64,000 bases of DNA from Minisyncoccota bacterium (GTDB lineage Bacteria > Patescibacteriota > Minisyncoccia > UBA6257 > 2-01-FULL-56-20). Below the pieces are notes generated by a model. The model worked only from the letters and a program-made list of their open reading frames with translations, had not been told where the DNA came from and ran no database searches. The stretch spans positions 3,962-67,961 of the forward strand of contig DATKNL010000002.1 in NCBI GenBank assembly GCA_035541435.1, in the 5' to 3' direction. The translations under genes were made by a program, and so were the position numbers. Below, in pieces: positions 8,583 through 17,095 of this stretch (positions are counted from its first letter, which is position 1; every line of letters starts with the position of its first letter).

Positions 8583-11120
8583 TCATTTCTCGATCAGCGC
8601 GCCGTAGCGGCGATAGAAATAGCCCTTGGCGAAGTTCACGACGACAAGATAGGCGGCGACGATCACGAGGATGAGCACGACGGGCAACGCGCCGAGCTTC
8701 ACGAAGCCGAGGGGCACGCCGAGCGCGGAATAGGTGATGCCCCAGCCGACCGCGACGGCGCCGGCAGTCGCAAGGAAGAGAGTGCGGCTCGGCCCGCCGC
8801 CGGCCCAGACGCTTTCGCGGCTGCGGATCACGTTCACGACAAGCGTCTGCGTCGCGATCGATTCAAGGAACCATCCGGTCTGGAACGCCCCGCCCGCGGC
8901 GCGCAGCACGAAAAGCAGGACGCCGAACGTGACGAAGTCGAAGCACGAGCTCAGCGGTCCGAAGATGACCATGAACTTCTTCATGAAACCGATGTCGAAC
9001 TTCTTCGGCCGCTGGAGGAACTGCGGGTCGACGTTGTCGAACGGGATCGCGAGCTGCGACGAGTCGTAAAGGAAGTTGTTCAAAAGGATCTGAGGCGCGG
9101 TCATCGGCAGGAACGGCAGGAAGATCGACGCGATGGGCATGCTGAACATGTTGCCGAAATTCGAGCTCAGGGCCATCATGAGGTATTTGAACGTGTTGGC
9201 GAACGTCTTGCGTCCCTCGACGATGCCGTCGATGATCTCGCCGAGGCCCTTCTTGAGCAGGATGATGTCGGCCGTCTCTTTCGCGATGTCGACCGCGTTG
9301 TTCACCGAGATGCCGACGTCGGCCTCTTTTATCGAAAGCACGTCGTTCACGCCGTCGCCCATATAGGCCACGACGTGCCCGTTCTCGCGGAGCGCCCTGA
9401 TGATCGCCTGCTTCTGTTCGGGGTTCACGCGGGTGAAGACGTTCCCCCGCTCGACCGCGGCGGCGAGCTGCTTGCCCTGCAGTTTGGCGATCTCGTCGCC
9501 CGTGAGCGGGTTCCTGACCGGCAGGCCGATCTCTTCGGCGATCTTCTTCGTCACGAGGAAGTTGTCGCCCGTGATGATCTTGATGCCGACATTATAGAGG
9601 GCCATTTTCTTCAACGTCCCCTTCACGCTGCTTTTCGGCGGATCCAGGAAGGCCAGAAAGCCGACGAATACCAGCTCCTTTTCGTCAGCGATGCCGTAAG
9701 GGCCGCTCCGCGGCTCGACCTCCTTGATGCCGACCCCGATCACGCGGAAGCCGTTCGTCGACAGGTGCTCATAGGCCTTCATGATGGCCTCATGCGTCGA
9801 CGCGGTGAGCTTCTTCGTTTCTTTGCCCGACGTCCCCGTGCCGTAATGATGGGAAAGCTTCAGGATCTCTTCGGGGGCGCCTTTCGCGATGAGGACCGAC
9901 TGCTTCTTGTCCTTCACGATCACGGACTCGATGCGCCGCACGGCGTCGAAGGGAACCTCGTCCACCTTCTCCCACGCGGCGACGTCGATCGTCTTGTAAT
10001 GCTCGATCGCCCGGTCAAGCACGCCGCGCACGCCGGTAAGGTGCTGACTGCTCACATAGGCCCAGTAATGGGTCGTCTCGCTCTCCTTGCCGAACTCGTC
10101 GAGGGACTTCATGAGCACGATGCGGTCCTCGGTGAGCGTTCCCGTCTTGTCGGTGCAGAGCACGTCGACGCCGCCGAAGTTGTGGATCGCGGCGAGCTTC
10201 TTCACGATGACGCCGCTCTGGGACATGGCGAGCGCGCCTTTCGCGAGGTTGCTCGTCACGATGAGTGGCAGCAGCTCCGGCGTGAGGCCGACGGCGATCG
10301 CGACGGCGAACAGGAACACCTGGAAGCTCGCGCGTCCCAGAATGAAGACGTTGATGAGGATGACGGCGAGCACGAGGATGAGCGTCGTCCTGAAAATGAA
10401 CAGGCTGAAGTCCTTGAGGTTCCGCTCGAATTCGGTCGGCTGGTCGGGTTTCTTCAGGCCGCCGGCGATCGTTCCCACCTTCGTGCGCGCGCCGGTCGCC
10501 ACGGCGACGGCCGTCCCCTTGCCCGAAACGACGCTCGTGCCGAGATAGAGGGTCTTCTCGGCCGGCGTTGCGGGGGCCTTCTCGACCGGCAGCGATTCGC
10601 CCGTGAGGACGCTCTCATTGAGGAAGAGGTCGCGCGCCTCGAGCAGGATGCCGTCGGCAGGCACGAGGTCGCCGGCTTCGAGCGAAAAGATGTCGCCCGG
10701 GACGATGTCCCTCATCGACCGCTCGGTGAGGGTCCCGTTGCGCATGATGCCGGCGGTGATCGTCACCTTCTCCTGCAGCGCCTCGGCAGCGCGCGCGGAC
10801 TTGTAGCTGTTCACGAAGTCGATGATCGCGCTGCCGAAGACGATGGCCAGGATGATGAGCGCCTCAAGACGCGATCCGAGGAATCCCGAAACGAGCGCCG
10901 CGGCAATGAGCAGCAGGAGCAGCGGACTCTTGAATTTCGAGAGGAAAATGCCGACCGGCTGCAGCTTCTTGCGACCGGCAAACTCGTTCGCGCCATATTC
11001 GGCCAGGCGCTTCGCCGCCGCCTCGCTCGAAAGGCCCTTCCCAGACGTGCCGAGCGCCGCGAAGATGTCGGCGGGCGCCTTCGCGGCTAGCGCTGCGAGA
11101 TCGAACGTCGTTTCGGGCAT
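8583..11120 (-). CDS. mgtA: Mg2+-transporting P-type ATPase
   Basis: DKTGTLT phosphorylation motif, TGES, GDGVNDVLSIKEADVGIS, 10 TM layout; MgtA-like N-terminus. Confidence 0.8.
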   Translation of the reverse strand: MPETTFDLAALAAKAPADIFAALGTSGKGLSSEAAAKRLAEYGANEFAGRKKLQPVGIFLSKFKSPLLLLLIAAALVSGFLGSRLEALIILAIVFGSAIIDFVNSYKSARAAEALQEKVTITAGIMRNGTLTERSMRDIVPGDIFSLEAGDLVPADGILLEARDLFLNESVLTGESLPVEKAPATPAEKTLYLGTSVVSGKGTAVAVATGARTKVGTIAGGLKKPDQPTEFERNLKDFSLFIFRTTLILVLAVILINVFILGRASFQVFLFAVAIAVGLTPELLPLIVTSNLAKGALAMSQSGVIVKKLAAIHNFGGVDVLCTDKTGTLTEDRIVLMKSLDEFGKESETTHYWAYVSSQHLTGVRGVLDRAIEHYKTIDVAAWEKVDEVPFDAVRRIESVIVKDKKQSVLIAKGAPEEILKLSHHYGTGTSGKETKKLTASTHEAIMKAYEHLSTNGFRVIGVGIKEVEPRSGPYGIADEKELVFVGFLAFLDPPKSSVKGTLKKMALYNVGIKIITGDNFLVTKKIAEEIGLPVRNPLTGDEIAKLQGKQLAAAVERGNVFTRVNPEQKQAIIRALRENGHVVAYMGDGVNDVLSIKEADVGISVNNAVDIAKETADIILLKKGLGEIIDGIVEGRKTFANTFKYLMMALSSNFGNMFSMPIASIFLPFLPMTAPQILLNNFLYDSSQLAIPFDNVDPQFLQRPKKFDIGFMKKFMVIFGPLSSCFDFVTFGVLLFVLRAAGGAFQTGWFLESIATQTLVVNVIRSRESVWAGGGPSRTLFLATAGAVAVGWGITYSALGVPLGFVKLGALPVVLILVIVAAYLVVVNFAKGYFYRRYGALIEK

Positions 11121-11213
11121 ATGGAATCATTGTAGCATCTATAAGGCCCGCATTCGCGGGCCTTAGGCGGCTTGTTTATCGGCGGTGCACAAGCCGGAGT
11201 TAGAGTAAAAAAT

Positions 11214-11245
11214 CAGGCAGCTCTCACGAGGGTGAGGGTTGCCTG
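11214..11245 (-). terminator. Rho-independent terminator downstream of small gene 11261-11629
   Basis: caggcaaccctcaccctcgtgagagctgcctg hairpin followed by atttttt on minus strand. Confidence 0.55.
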
Positions 11246-11260
11246 AAGTATAAAGTGGTG

Positions 11261-11629
11261 CTATCCCCAAGCGATAACTCTTGTTCTGACAACCCTGTCG
11301 GGAGCTATCTCTTTGTTCCTGCTTGATAGGCTGTTCGTGATAGCGCACACGAGAAGCCATTTGCTGGATGGATGCGTCTCAAAAAATTCTGCGCTCGCGT
11401 CACAGACAGGCCAGCAGAGAAATGCCTGCTGGGGCCATCGTACAACGCCGGGGATGCTGGGCAAATGAACAGCGTCACGGTCGGGCGTGAGCAGGTAGAC
11501 GGTACGCGTTCCCATATCTGCCATCTCTGAAGAGGCGATGGGGTAAATCCAAATTTTGTCGCACCACTTTCCACGCAATCGTTCCTTGCGTTGTTCTTTT
11601 GTTTCCTTTTGGACCGCGGCCTTTTTCAT
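11261..11629 (-). CDS. Hypothetical small protein (122 aa) in lower-GC segment
   Basis: AGGAGG RBS 8 nt upstream of ATG at 11629; sits between rnpB terminator and its own terminator. Confidence 0.35.
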   Translation of the reverse strand: MKKAAVQKETKEQRKERLRGKWCDKIWIYPIASSEMADMGTRTVYLLTPDRDAVHLPSIPGVVRWPQQAFLCWPVCDASAEFFETHPSSKWLLVCAITNSLSSRNKEIAPDRVVRTRVIAWG

Positions 11630-11665
11630 GCCATCGTCCTCCTGCAAAAAAGATATCACATCGTC

Positions 11666-11694
11666 AAAAACAAAAACAGCCCCTTTCGGAGCTG
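11666..11694 (-). terminator. rnpB terminator
   Basis: ACAGCUCCGAAAGGGGCUGU hairpin + UUUUGUUUUUG on minus strand. Confidence 0.7.
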
Positions 11695-11696
11695 TC

Positions 11697-12113
11697 TTCG
11701 TGCAGGCAATCCATAAACCGGATTCTGTCGGCGGCGCTTGCGCGACGCGGACGGCCATTTGTCTGGGTCCTTGATCGCTCGCGGACTCGTGCGGCACTCC
11801 CCTGCGCCTTTCGGCGCACGGGCACGGCCTTGCACCCCGTAAGAGTTTTGCCGTTTCACTTCCGCTTTCCTATCCCTATGGCGGAATTGAGCCTTCAAGC
11901 TTGGGATCGGGCTCCCCCGGCGCTTTCGCGCCTTGCAACGGATGAGCATCCGTGGGGCGTCACTGCTCGCATCTCGTGCCTTGCGGCAGGCAGCCGTTAG
12001 CTGCTACGTTCCCTGCGGACCGTGAGGCCCGGCAGGATGGTGTCCGGATTTTCCTCCCCTCGCCCGCTCCGCTTGCGCGGAACCGGCGAAGAGCGGCCGT
12101 CTGGATTGCCGTT
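11697..12113 (-). ncRNA. rnpB: RNase P RNA, bacterial type A
   Basis: Minus-strand RNA reads GGCAAUCC...AGGGGAGGAAAAUCCGGACACCAUCCUGCC (P4 5' strand, cf. GGAAAGUCCGGGCUCCAUAGGGCA), ...GUGAAACGG..., ...CGACAGAAUCCGGUUUAUGGAUUGCC (cf. ACAGAACCCGGCUUAUCGG); P1 pairing GGCAAUCC/GGAUUGCC. Confidence 0.8.
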
Positions 12114-12162
12114 GTTCATTATGCCATATTTCTTTCAAAAAGGGAAGGCCGCGGTTTAATGA

Positions 12163-12180
12163 TTTATTTTTAATATATTA
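12163..12180. repeat. 18-bp perfect AT palindrome tttttaatatattaaaaa between divergent rnpB and sRNA promoters
   Basis: Seen directly. Confidence 0.6.
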
Positions 12181-12199
12181 AAAATGGGGAAAACGCCGC

Positions 12200-12227
12200 T
12201 TGACGCATCGAAGCGGTGCCGTACGAT
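12200..12227 (+). promoter_or_regulatory. Sigma70-like promoter TTGACG-N16-TACGAT
   Basis: Seen directly; drives the candidate sRNA. Confidence 0.5.
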
Positions 12228-12233
12228 AAAAAG

Positions 12234-12463
12234 AGCACCACATCATCTTCCTTCAGGAGCGAACGAGTTGGGACGATCAAGCACACCCTACCATCAACGG
12301 ACCGCTGACGAAGAGGCGCCCGAGGAACCGCGACGGCGGAGCGACGAGCGATCGTCGCAGCGAGCCCTGCCCGCGCAGGAAACCCAGCCTCCTTTAGAAC
12401 GGGATCTGCGATAACCCGAAACGCCCCCTTGCGGCCACGTCATCTGACGCGGCCGCTTTTTTA
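12234..12463 (+). ncRNA. Candidate ~230-nt small RNA of unknown family
   Basis: Promoter at 12200-12227 and terminator hairpin gcggccacg..cgcggccgc + TTTTTTAT at 12431-12463; no RBS/credible ORF. Confidence 0.4.
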
Positions 12464-12487
12464 TGGAGCGTGCACCAACGACGGCGC

Positions 12488-13108
12488 TCAGCGATGGAAT
12501 CCGAGGTCTGCTGGATTGAAGTCGCCCGATATGCGGCCGACCGATCCCCCGCGCTTTTCGAAATCCTCGCGCAGTTTCGAAACCTCGTCGGCGAGCGCCA
12601 CGGTCTCCTGGGGCAGCTCCTTGCGCTTGATGCGCCACTTGGACCAGTACTCGATGACAAGCTTGCTGTCGCCGAACACGTGCTTCGCGCCCTGCGCCTG
12701 CGCGATCTCGAGCGCATAACGGAGCGCGAGCAGCTCGCCGTAGTTGTTGGTGGCTTCGTCGTTGCCGACGAGATGCTTGCCGAAGCGGTTGAGTTCGGAC
12801 CGCGGAACGGCCTTGTGCAGCAGGTCCTTGCCGCGCTCGTCGGTCACGCTCACTTCGACGCCCGCGCCACGGCCGGTGCCGGCGTCGAAATAGATGCCCG
12901 GCTCGAGTCGCGGGGCCCGTTTGGCCTCATACATGGCGCCGCCCGCAAGCCAGGCTTCGGCGTCATCTTTCGAATCGAACGCCTTGAAGCGGGCGCCGGT
13001 CCTGCCCGACACTTTCGCTTCGGTCTCCTTCCAGTCGGTCGTGATGCCCGTCAGGTTCCCGTCGGGAACGAAATAGGCGTAATATTTCTGTTTTTTGGCC
13101 GGACTCAT
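12488..13108 (-). CDS. rnhA: Ribonuclease HI with N-terminal hybrid-binding (Cauli_VI-like) domain
   Basis: YYAYFVP...KAFDSKDDAEAWL HBD; catalytic DEDD context YFDAGTG, GNDEATNNYGELLAL, FGDSKLVI. Confidence 0.7.
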   Translation of the reverse strand: MSPAKKQKYYAYFVPDGNLTGITTDWKETEAKVSGRTGARFKAFDSKDDAEAWLAGGAMYEAKRAPRLEPGIYFDAGTGRGAGVEVSVTDERGKDLLHKAVPRSELNRFGKHLVGNDEATNNYGELLALRYALEIAQAQGAKHVFGDSKLVIEYWSKWRIKRKELPQETVALADEVSKLREDFEKRGGSVGRISGDFNPADLGFHR

Positions 13109-14070
13109 GAATGTGGCGCGGCGTTCAGGGCTTCGACCATCTTCGGAACCGCCTGATCCACGGCTTTGCGCGAGGTGAAGTTGACCGCACCAGCGCCCCA
13201 GTGTCCCCCGCCGCCGAACCGCGCGAGGAGCGCGCCGAGGTTCACGTTGCCGGGCTTCATCCAGGCGTTGTCGCCGATGCCCACATGGAACTGGCCGTCC
13301 TTCTTCGTGATGCGGATCGCATAGCGGATCTTCGGCTTCAGAAAATAAGGGGCGTAGCGCAGCGTCTCGACGTTCGCCTTCTCAAGGTCGATGACCGACA
13401 CGCGGCCTGCGATCTTCAGGTTGCGCCGATAGAACGCGAGCGCTTTCATGTTCTTCGCGCGCAGCTTCGTGACGACGCGCGCGATCCGCGGCTGCTTTGC
13501 GATCATTGGGAGCGGCTTCGTGGCAAAATCCTCGATCATCCGCTGCGCGGTCGCAGGGTTCTTGCGCGTTTCGTCGATGAAGGCGTCGAGCTGCGTCTCG
13601 ACGGTGGTGAGATAGATCGTTTCGCGCGGCGTTCGGTAGCGCGCGCCATCAACGATGTCGGCCCGCTTCACAAGGTCCCCGATGAGGCGCGGCGGCTTCC
13701 AGCCGAAGTTCTTCTTGAGCGATTCGAAAACGAGCCGCGTGCATGAGACATAGGACGGATCAAGCACCCGCTCGCGGGACGGACGATAGGATTTCTTCCA
13801 GGACTCCTTCTTGAACGTGGTCGGATGGTGGTCGAACCACCAGGCTGCGGCCGGATGATAAAAAAAGTCGACGACGACGGCCGGATTCCGCCTGCCGGCG
13901 AACAGCCGGTGCCGCGCGAAAAAACGCTCGCTCATCCATTGGTCCTGCAGGTCGAAATCGACGGCGGCAAAATGGCCAACGTCGTCCCCCCGGCTGCGCA
14001 GGAACGCCGTCATGACGGCCGCCGACGCCCGTCCGTCGAAATCGTTATGAAAATAGATGTCGTAAAGCAT
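13105..14070 (-). CDS. DHH-DHHA1 family phosphoesterase (NrnA-like nanoRNase/pAp phosphatase)
   Basis: HNDFDG (motif I), FDHHP (DHH), GGGGHWGAGA (DHHA1 GGGH); start at internal ATG 14070. Confidence 0.6.
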   Translation of the reverse strand: MLYDIYFHNDFDGRASAAVMTAFLRSRGDDVGHFAAVDFDLQDQWMSERFFARHRLFAGRRNPAVVVDFFYHPAAAWWFDHHPTTFKKESWKKSYRPSRERVLDPSYVSCTRLVFESLKKNFGWKPPRLIGDLVKRADIVDGARYRTPRETIYLTTVETQLDAFIDETRKNPATAQRMIEDFATKPLPMIAKQPRIARVVTKLRAKNMKALAFYRRNLKIAGRVSVIDLEKANVETLRYAPYFLKPKIRYAIRITKKDGQFHVGIGDNAWMKPGNVNLGALLARFGGGGHWGAGAVNFTSRKAVDQAVPKMVEALNAAPHS

Positions 14071-14107
14071 CGATAACAATGATGATCCCGTCCGCTGGGT
14101 GCGTGCG

Positions 14108-15331
14108 CTATTTCTTGACGAACGCCTCCTTCGGGGACAGCGAGCTAGCGCGCCGGGCCGGAATGAAGCCGGCCGCAAATCCGATGAGCCCCGAAACGGC
14201 GATAACGACGAGTATAAACCAAAGCGGCGAAACGAACAACGCGAACGCGACACCGCCGTAACGTTCCGCGATGAGGCTCACGACGAAGTTGAAGAGCTGC
14301 CCGATGCCGACGCCAAGCCCGATGCCAACGACGCCGCCCGCAAGGCCCATGACGACCGCCTCGGTGAGGAAGAGCATCTTCACGTCCTTGTCGGTCGCCC
14401 CGAGCGCCTTCATGACGCCCACCTCATAGGTCCGCTCAAGGAAGCCGACGATCATCGTGTTGAACATGCCGATCGCCGACACGATGAGGGCCGCAATGCC
14501 GAACACGCCGAGGATGATCGTGATGATGTTCGTCACCTGCTGCGCCTGCCGCACGAGGTCGATGTGGGCCGAGATGATGAACCCCTGGCCGAGAAGCGAG
14601 CTCCTCAAATTTGTGAATGTCGCGTCGTTCTTCGCTTCGACATAGACCTCCTTATAGAAGGGAGGCGCTTTGGGGAGCGAATTGGCAGAAACGACGACGG
14701 TCGGCGAAAGCGTATCGTTTGCCACGATGCCGGTGACCGGCAGGAGGCTGGTCGAGGTCACGTCGTATGCCGGACCGTTGTTCGGTCCGGGATAGAATGC
14801 CGTGACAAGGACCTGCTTCCCGATCGTCGACGGGGTCGATGAGAGGTTGAGCAGCCTGAGCGCCTGGCTCGAGATCACGACGCCGCCCGACGGTCCGAAC
14901 GGCTTGCCGATGTCGGGAAGGGAGCCGGAAAGGTCGAAATAGTCGGGATCGGCGATGTCGACCAAAACCAGGCCCGACGAGCCGCCGGGCATCGACACCG
15001 CCCCCGAGAATTCGGCGACCGGGCTCACGACGGCGACATCCGCCATCGCCTTCACCTGGTCGACCTTCGCCTGGTCGATCACGATGTTGCTGTCGGACGG
15101 ATAGGTCGCGCAGCACGTGATGAGCGACTGGGGCGTCGTGATGAGCTTGCCGAGCAGGATGTCCTGCAGGCCGTAGCCCAGCGAGACAAGCACCACGACC
15201 GTCGCGATGCCGACCGACGTGCCGAGGACGGTCAGGACGGTGCGCAGCGGCTTCGCGGAAAAGCTCCTGATCGAAAGGCGGACGAGGTTCCTGAAGCCGA
15301 GCTCGTGCGGGATGACGTCGTGGTGTTCCAT
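14108..15331 (-). CDS. ABC transporter permease, FtsX/MacB-like with large extracytoplasmic domain
   Basis: N-terminal TM, ~220-aa periplasmic region, C-terminal 3 TM FtsX fold (ERTYEVGVMKALGA). Confidence 0.75.
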   Translation of the reverse strand: MEHHDVIPHELGFRNLVRLSIRSFSAKPLRTVLTVLGTSVGIATVVVLVSLGYGLQDILLGKLITTPQSLITCCATYPSDSNIVIDQAKVDQVKAMADVAVVSPVAEFSGAVSMPGGSSGLVLVDIADPDYFDLSGSLPDIGKPFGPSGGVVISSQALRLLNLSSTPSTIGKQVLVTAFYPGPNNGPAYDVTSTSLLPVTGIVANDTLSPTVVVSANSLPKAPPFYKEVYVEAKNDATFTNLRSSLLGQGFIISAHIDLVRQAQQVTNIITIILGVFGIAALIVSAIGMFNTMIVGFLERTYEVGVMKALGATDKDVKMLFLTEAVVMGLAGGVVGIGLGVGIGQLFNFVVSLIAERYGGVAFALFVSPLWFILVVIAVSGLIGFAAGFIPARRASSLSPKEAFVKK

Positions 15332-15334
15332 GGC

Positions 15335-16654
15335 TTAGCGGTGCGACGGCGCCGTCGGCGCGAATGACGACAGCTGGGGATGCCCTTCCTTCAGGATGAA
15401 TTCCAGGCGCTCGCAGATGCGGTGCGCCGTCGGCGTCGCGAAGCCGAGTCCGGCGCGGCTCCGCGGCAGGCTGAGGATTTCGGAAACGTGCTCCGGGGTG
15501 ATGACGCCGCGGATCCGCTCGTTGAGCACCTCGTCAAGCTGCATGACCTGCAGGCTGTTCAGCACGCCGTGGTAGTCCTCGAGAAGCCACCGCCTCAGCT
15601 TCTCGATGTCGTCTTTGAGCGGCGCCTCGCGGTCGGTCTCGAGCTGATGATAGATGTCGCCCACCGTGCGGCGTTCAGCGATCACGTCCTCGATGATGGA
15701 ACTCACCTTGGCGGCCTTCTGCCGCCACAGTCCCAATCCCCCCTCGCGCCACGGACGGTCGAGCACGTTCCGGAAGACGTCCGCGTCGATCTTGCCGTCG
15801 AGCCGCTGGGCAAGGAAGAATTCGAACCGCTTCAGCTCGGGCGCGGCATAGCCCCTCAGGAACAGGTTCGAGAACGAATGCGCGGCAAGCTGGTGCTCGG
15901 ACATCCCGGGCGACAGCCGGCCGTACATCGTCTTCGAAAGCGCCTGCTGCACGGCCTGCTCCCCCACGCCGTCCTCCTTGGTGACGACGCCGTCCTTCAT
16001 ATAGAAAATCTTCTTCGCGTCGCGCAGGCTCCACGCCTCATGGGTCACCATGATGATCGTGCGGCCGTCCTTTTCGTTGAGCTCCTTCAGGAACTGCAGC
16101 ACCGTGTCGGCGTTCGATGAATCGAGGTTGCCGAGCGGCTCGTCCGCGATGATGATCGGCGGGTTGTTGGCGAGGGCGCGCACGATGCCCACGCGCTGCT
16201 GCTGGCCGCCCGAAAGCTCGTCGGGATAGCGGTCGGCAAGGTGCGCGATGTTCACGCGCTCAAGCAGCTTCATCGCCTCGCGCTTCGAACGGTCCTCGGA
16301 CACGCCGAGGAAGGACATCGGCAAGATGACGTTCTGCACGACGGTGAGCGACGGGATGAGGTTGAACTGCTGGAAGATCATGCCGACGCCGATCTGCCGG
16401 TAGATGGCGAGCTCCTGCCGCGTGAACGTCGATATGTCGCGGCCGTTGATGACGATCCTGCCGTCCTGACCCGGCTCGATGCCCGAAATGAGATAGAGCA
16501 GCGTCGTCTTGCCGGACCCCGACGATCCGAAGAAGGCCGCGTATTCCCCGGGGTAGATGTCGCACGAAACGTCCTTCAGCGCGTGATATTCGTTCGGCTT
16601 GCCGCGCTCGTACCAAAAATTGACGTTCTCGAGCCGGATGATGGGTTCGCTCAT
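15335..16654 (-). CDS. ABC transporter ATP-binding protein (MacB/LolD-like) with ~210-aa C-terminal extension of unknown function
   Basis: Walker A GSSGSGKTT, signature LSGGQQQR, Walker B IIIADEP, H-loop; extension residues ~225-439. Confidence 0.8.
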   Translation of the reverse strand: MSEPIIRLENVNFWYERGKPNEYHALKDVSCDIYPGEYAAFFGSSGSGKTTLLYLISGIEPGQDGRIVINGRDISTFTRQELAIYRQIGVGMIFQQFNLIPSLTVVQNVILPMSFLGVSEDRSKREAMKLLERVNIAHLADRYPDELSGGQQQRVGIVRALANNPPIIIADEPLGNLDSSNADTVLQFLKELNEKDGRTIIMVTHEAWSLRDAKKIFYMKDGVVTKEDGVGEQAVQQALSKTMYGRLSPGMSEHQLAAHSFSNLFLRGYAAPELKRFEFFLAQRLDGKIDADVFRNVLDRPWREGGLGLWRQKAAKVSSIIEDVIAERRTVGDIYHQLETDREAPLKDDIEKLRRWLLEDYHGVLNSLQVMQLDEVLNERIRGVITPEHVSEILSLPRSRAGLGFATPTAHRICERLEFILKEGHPQLSSFAPTAPSHR

Positions 16655-17094
16655 GGGTGGACGGCCTTCCCGACGACGTTGTTGATGATCTCGACCAGGT
16701 CCTTCGGCATGGTCTGCTCCTTGTGGATATAGCCGTCGGCCCCCTTCGCTTCGGCCTCCTCCTGGAATTCCTTCTCCGAATGGCCGGAGAAGATCAGCAC
16801 CTTGATGTCCTTCGTCGCAGGATCGCGCTTGATCCGCTCGAGGAAGGCGAAGCTGTTCTCGGGATCGATGATCGTTCGGTCCTCCACCTTTTTCGGGATG
16901 GCGAGGTCAAGGAAGACGACGTCGGGCCGCGACGCCGGATCGGCGACGGCCTTTTCGGCGTCGTCGAGGTTCTGGGCTACCGCGAGGTCGCAGGTGCGCT
17001 CGAACCCGTAAATCCAGAAGACGTCGTGAAAATAGATTCTGATGATCTCGTCGTCGTCCACCAGGAGTATTCGCGTCTTGGGGTCATGGCTCAT
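16651..17094 (-). CDS. Stand-alone response regulator receiver domain protein
   Basis: ILLVDDDE, VVFLDLAIP, KVLIFSG; start 1 nt after the giant gene stop. Confidence 0.7.
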   Translation of the reverse strand: MSHDPKTRILLVDDDEIIRIYFHDVFWIYGFERTCDLAVAQNLDDAEKAVADPASRPDVVFLDLAIPKKVEDRTIIDPENSFAFLERIKRDPATKDIKVLIFSGHSEKEFQEEAEAKGADGYIHKEQTMPKDLVEIINNVVGKAVHP

Positions 17095-17095
17095 G

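Noticed and set aside
8532-11090. 852-aa plus-strand ORF
   Set aside because: Exactly antisense to mgtA; composition is R/D/E/H/G-rich with no motifs, a typical high-GC stop-codon-poor antisense frame
11121-11300. M-box Mg2+ riboswitch upstream of mgtA
   Set aside because: Only ~40 nt separate a -10-like TACAAT from the ATG; sequence lacks M-box conserved segments
11599-12173. ORFs 11599-12000, 11656-11949, 11952-12173
   Set aside because: Lie within the RNase P RNA gene and its promoter
12184-12414. 76-aa ORF
   Set aside because: Begins upstream of the promoter -35 that defines the transcript, has no RBS and a low-complexity product; region better explained as an sRNA
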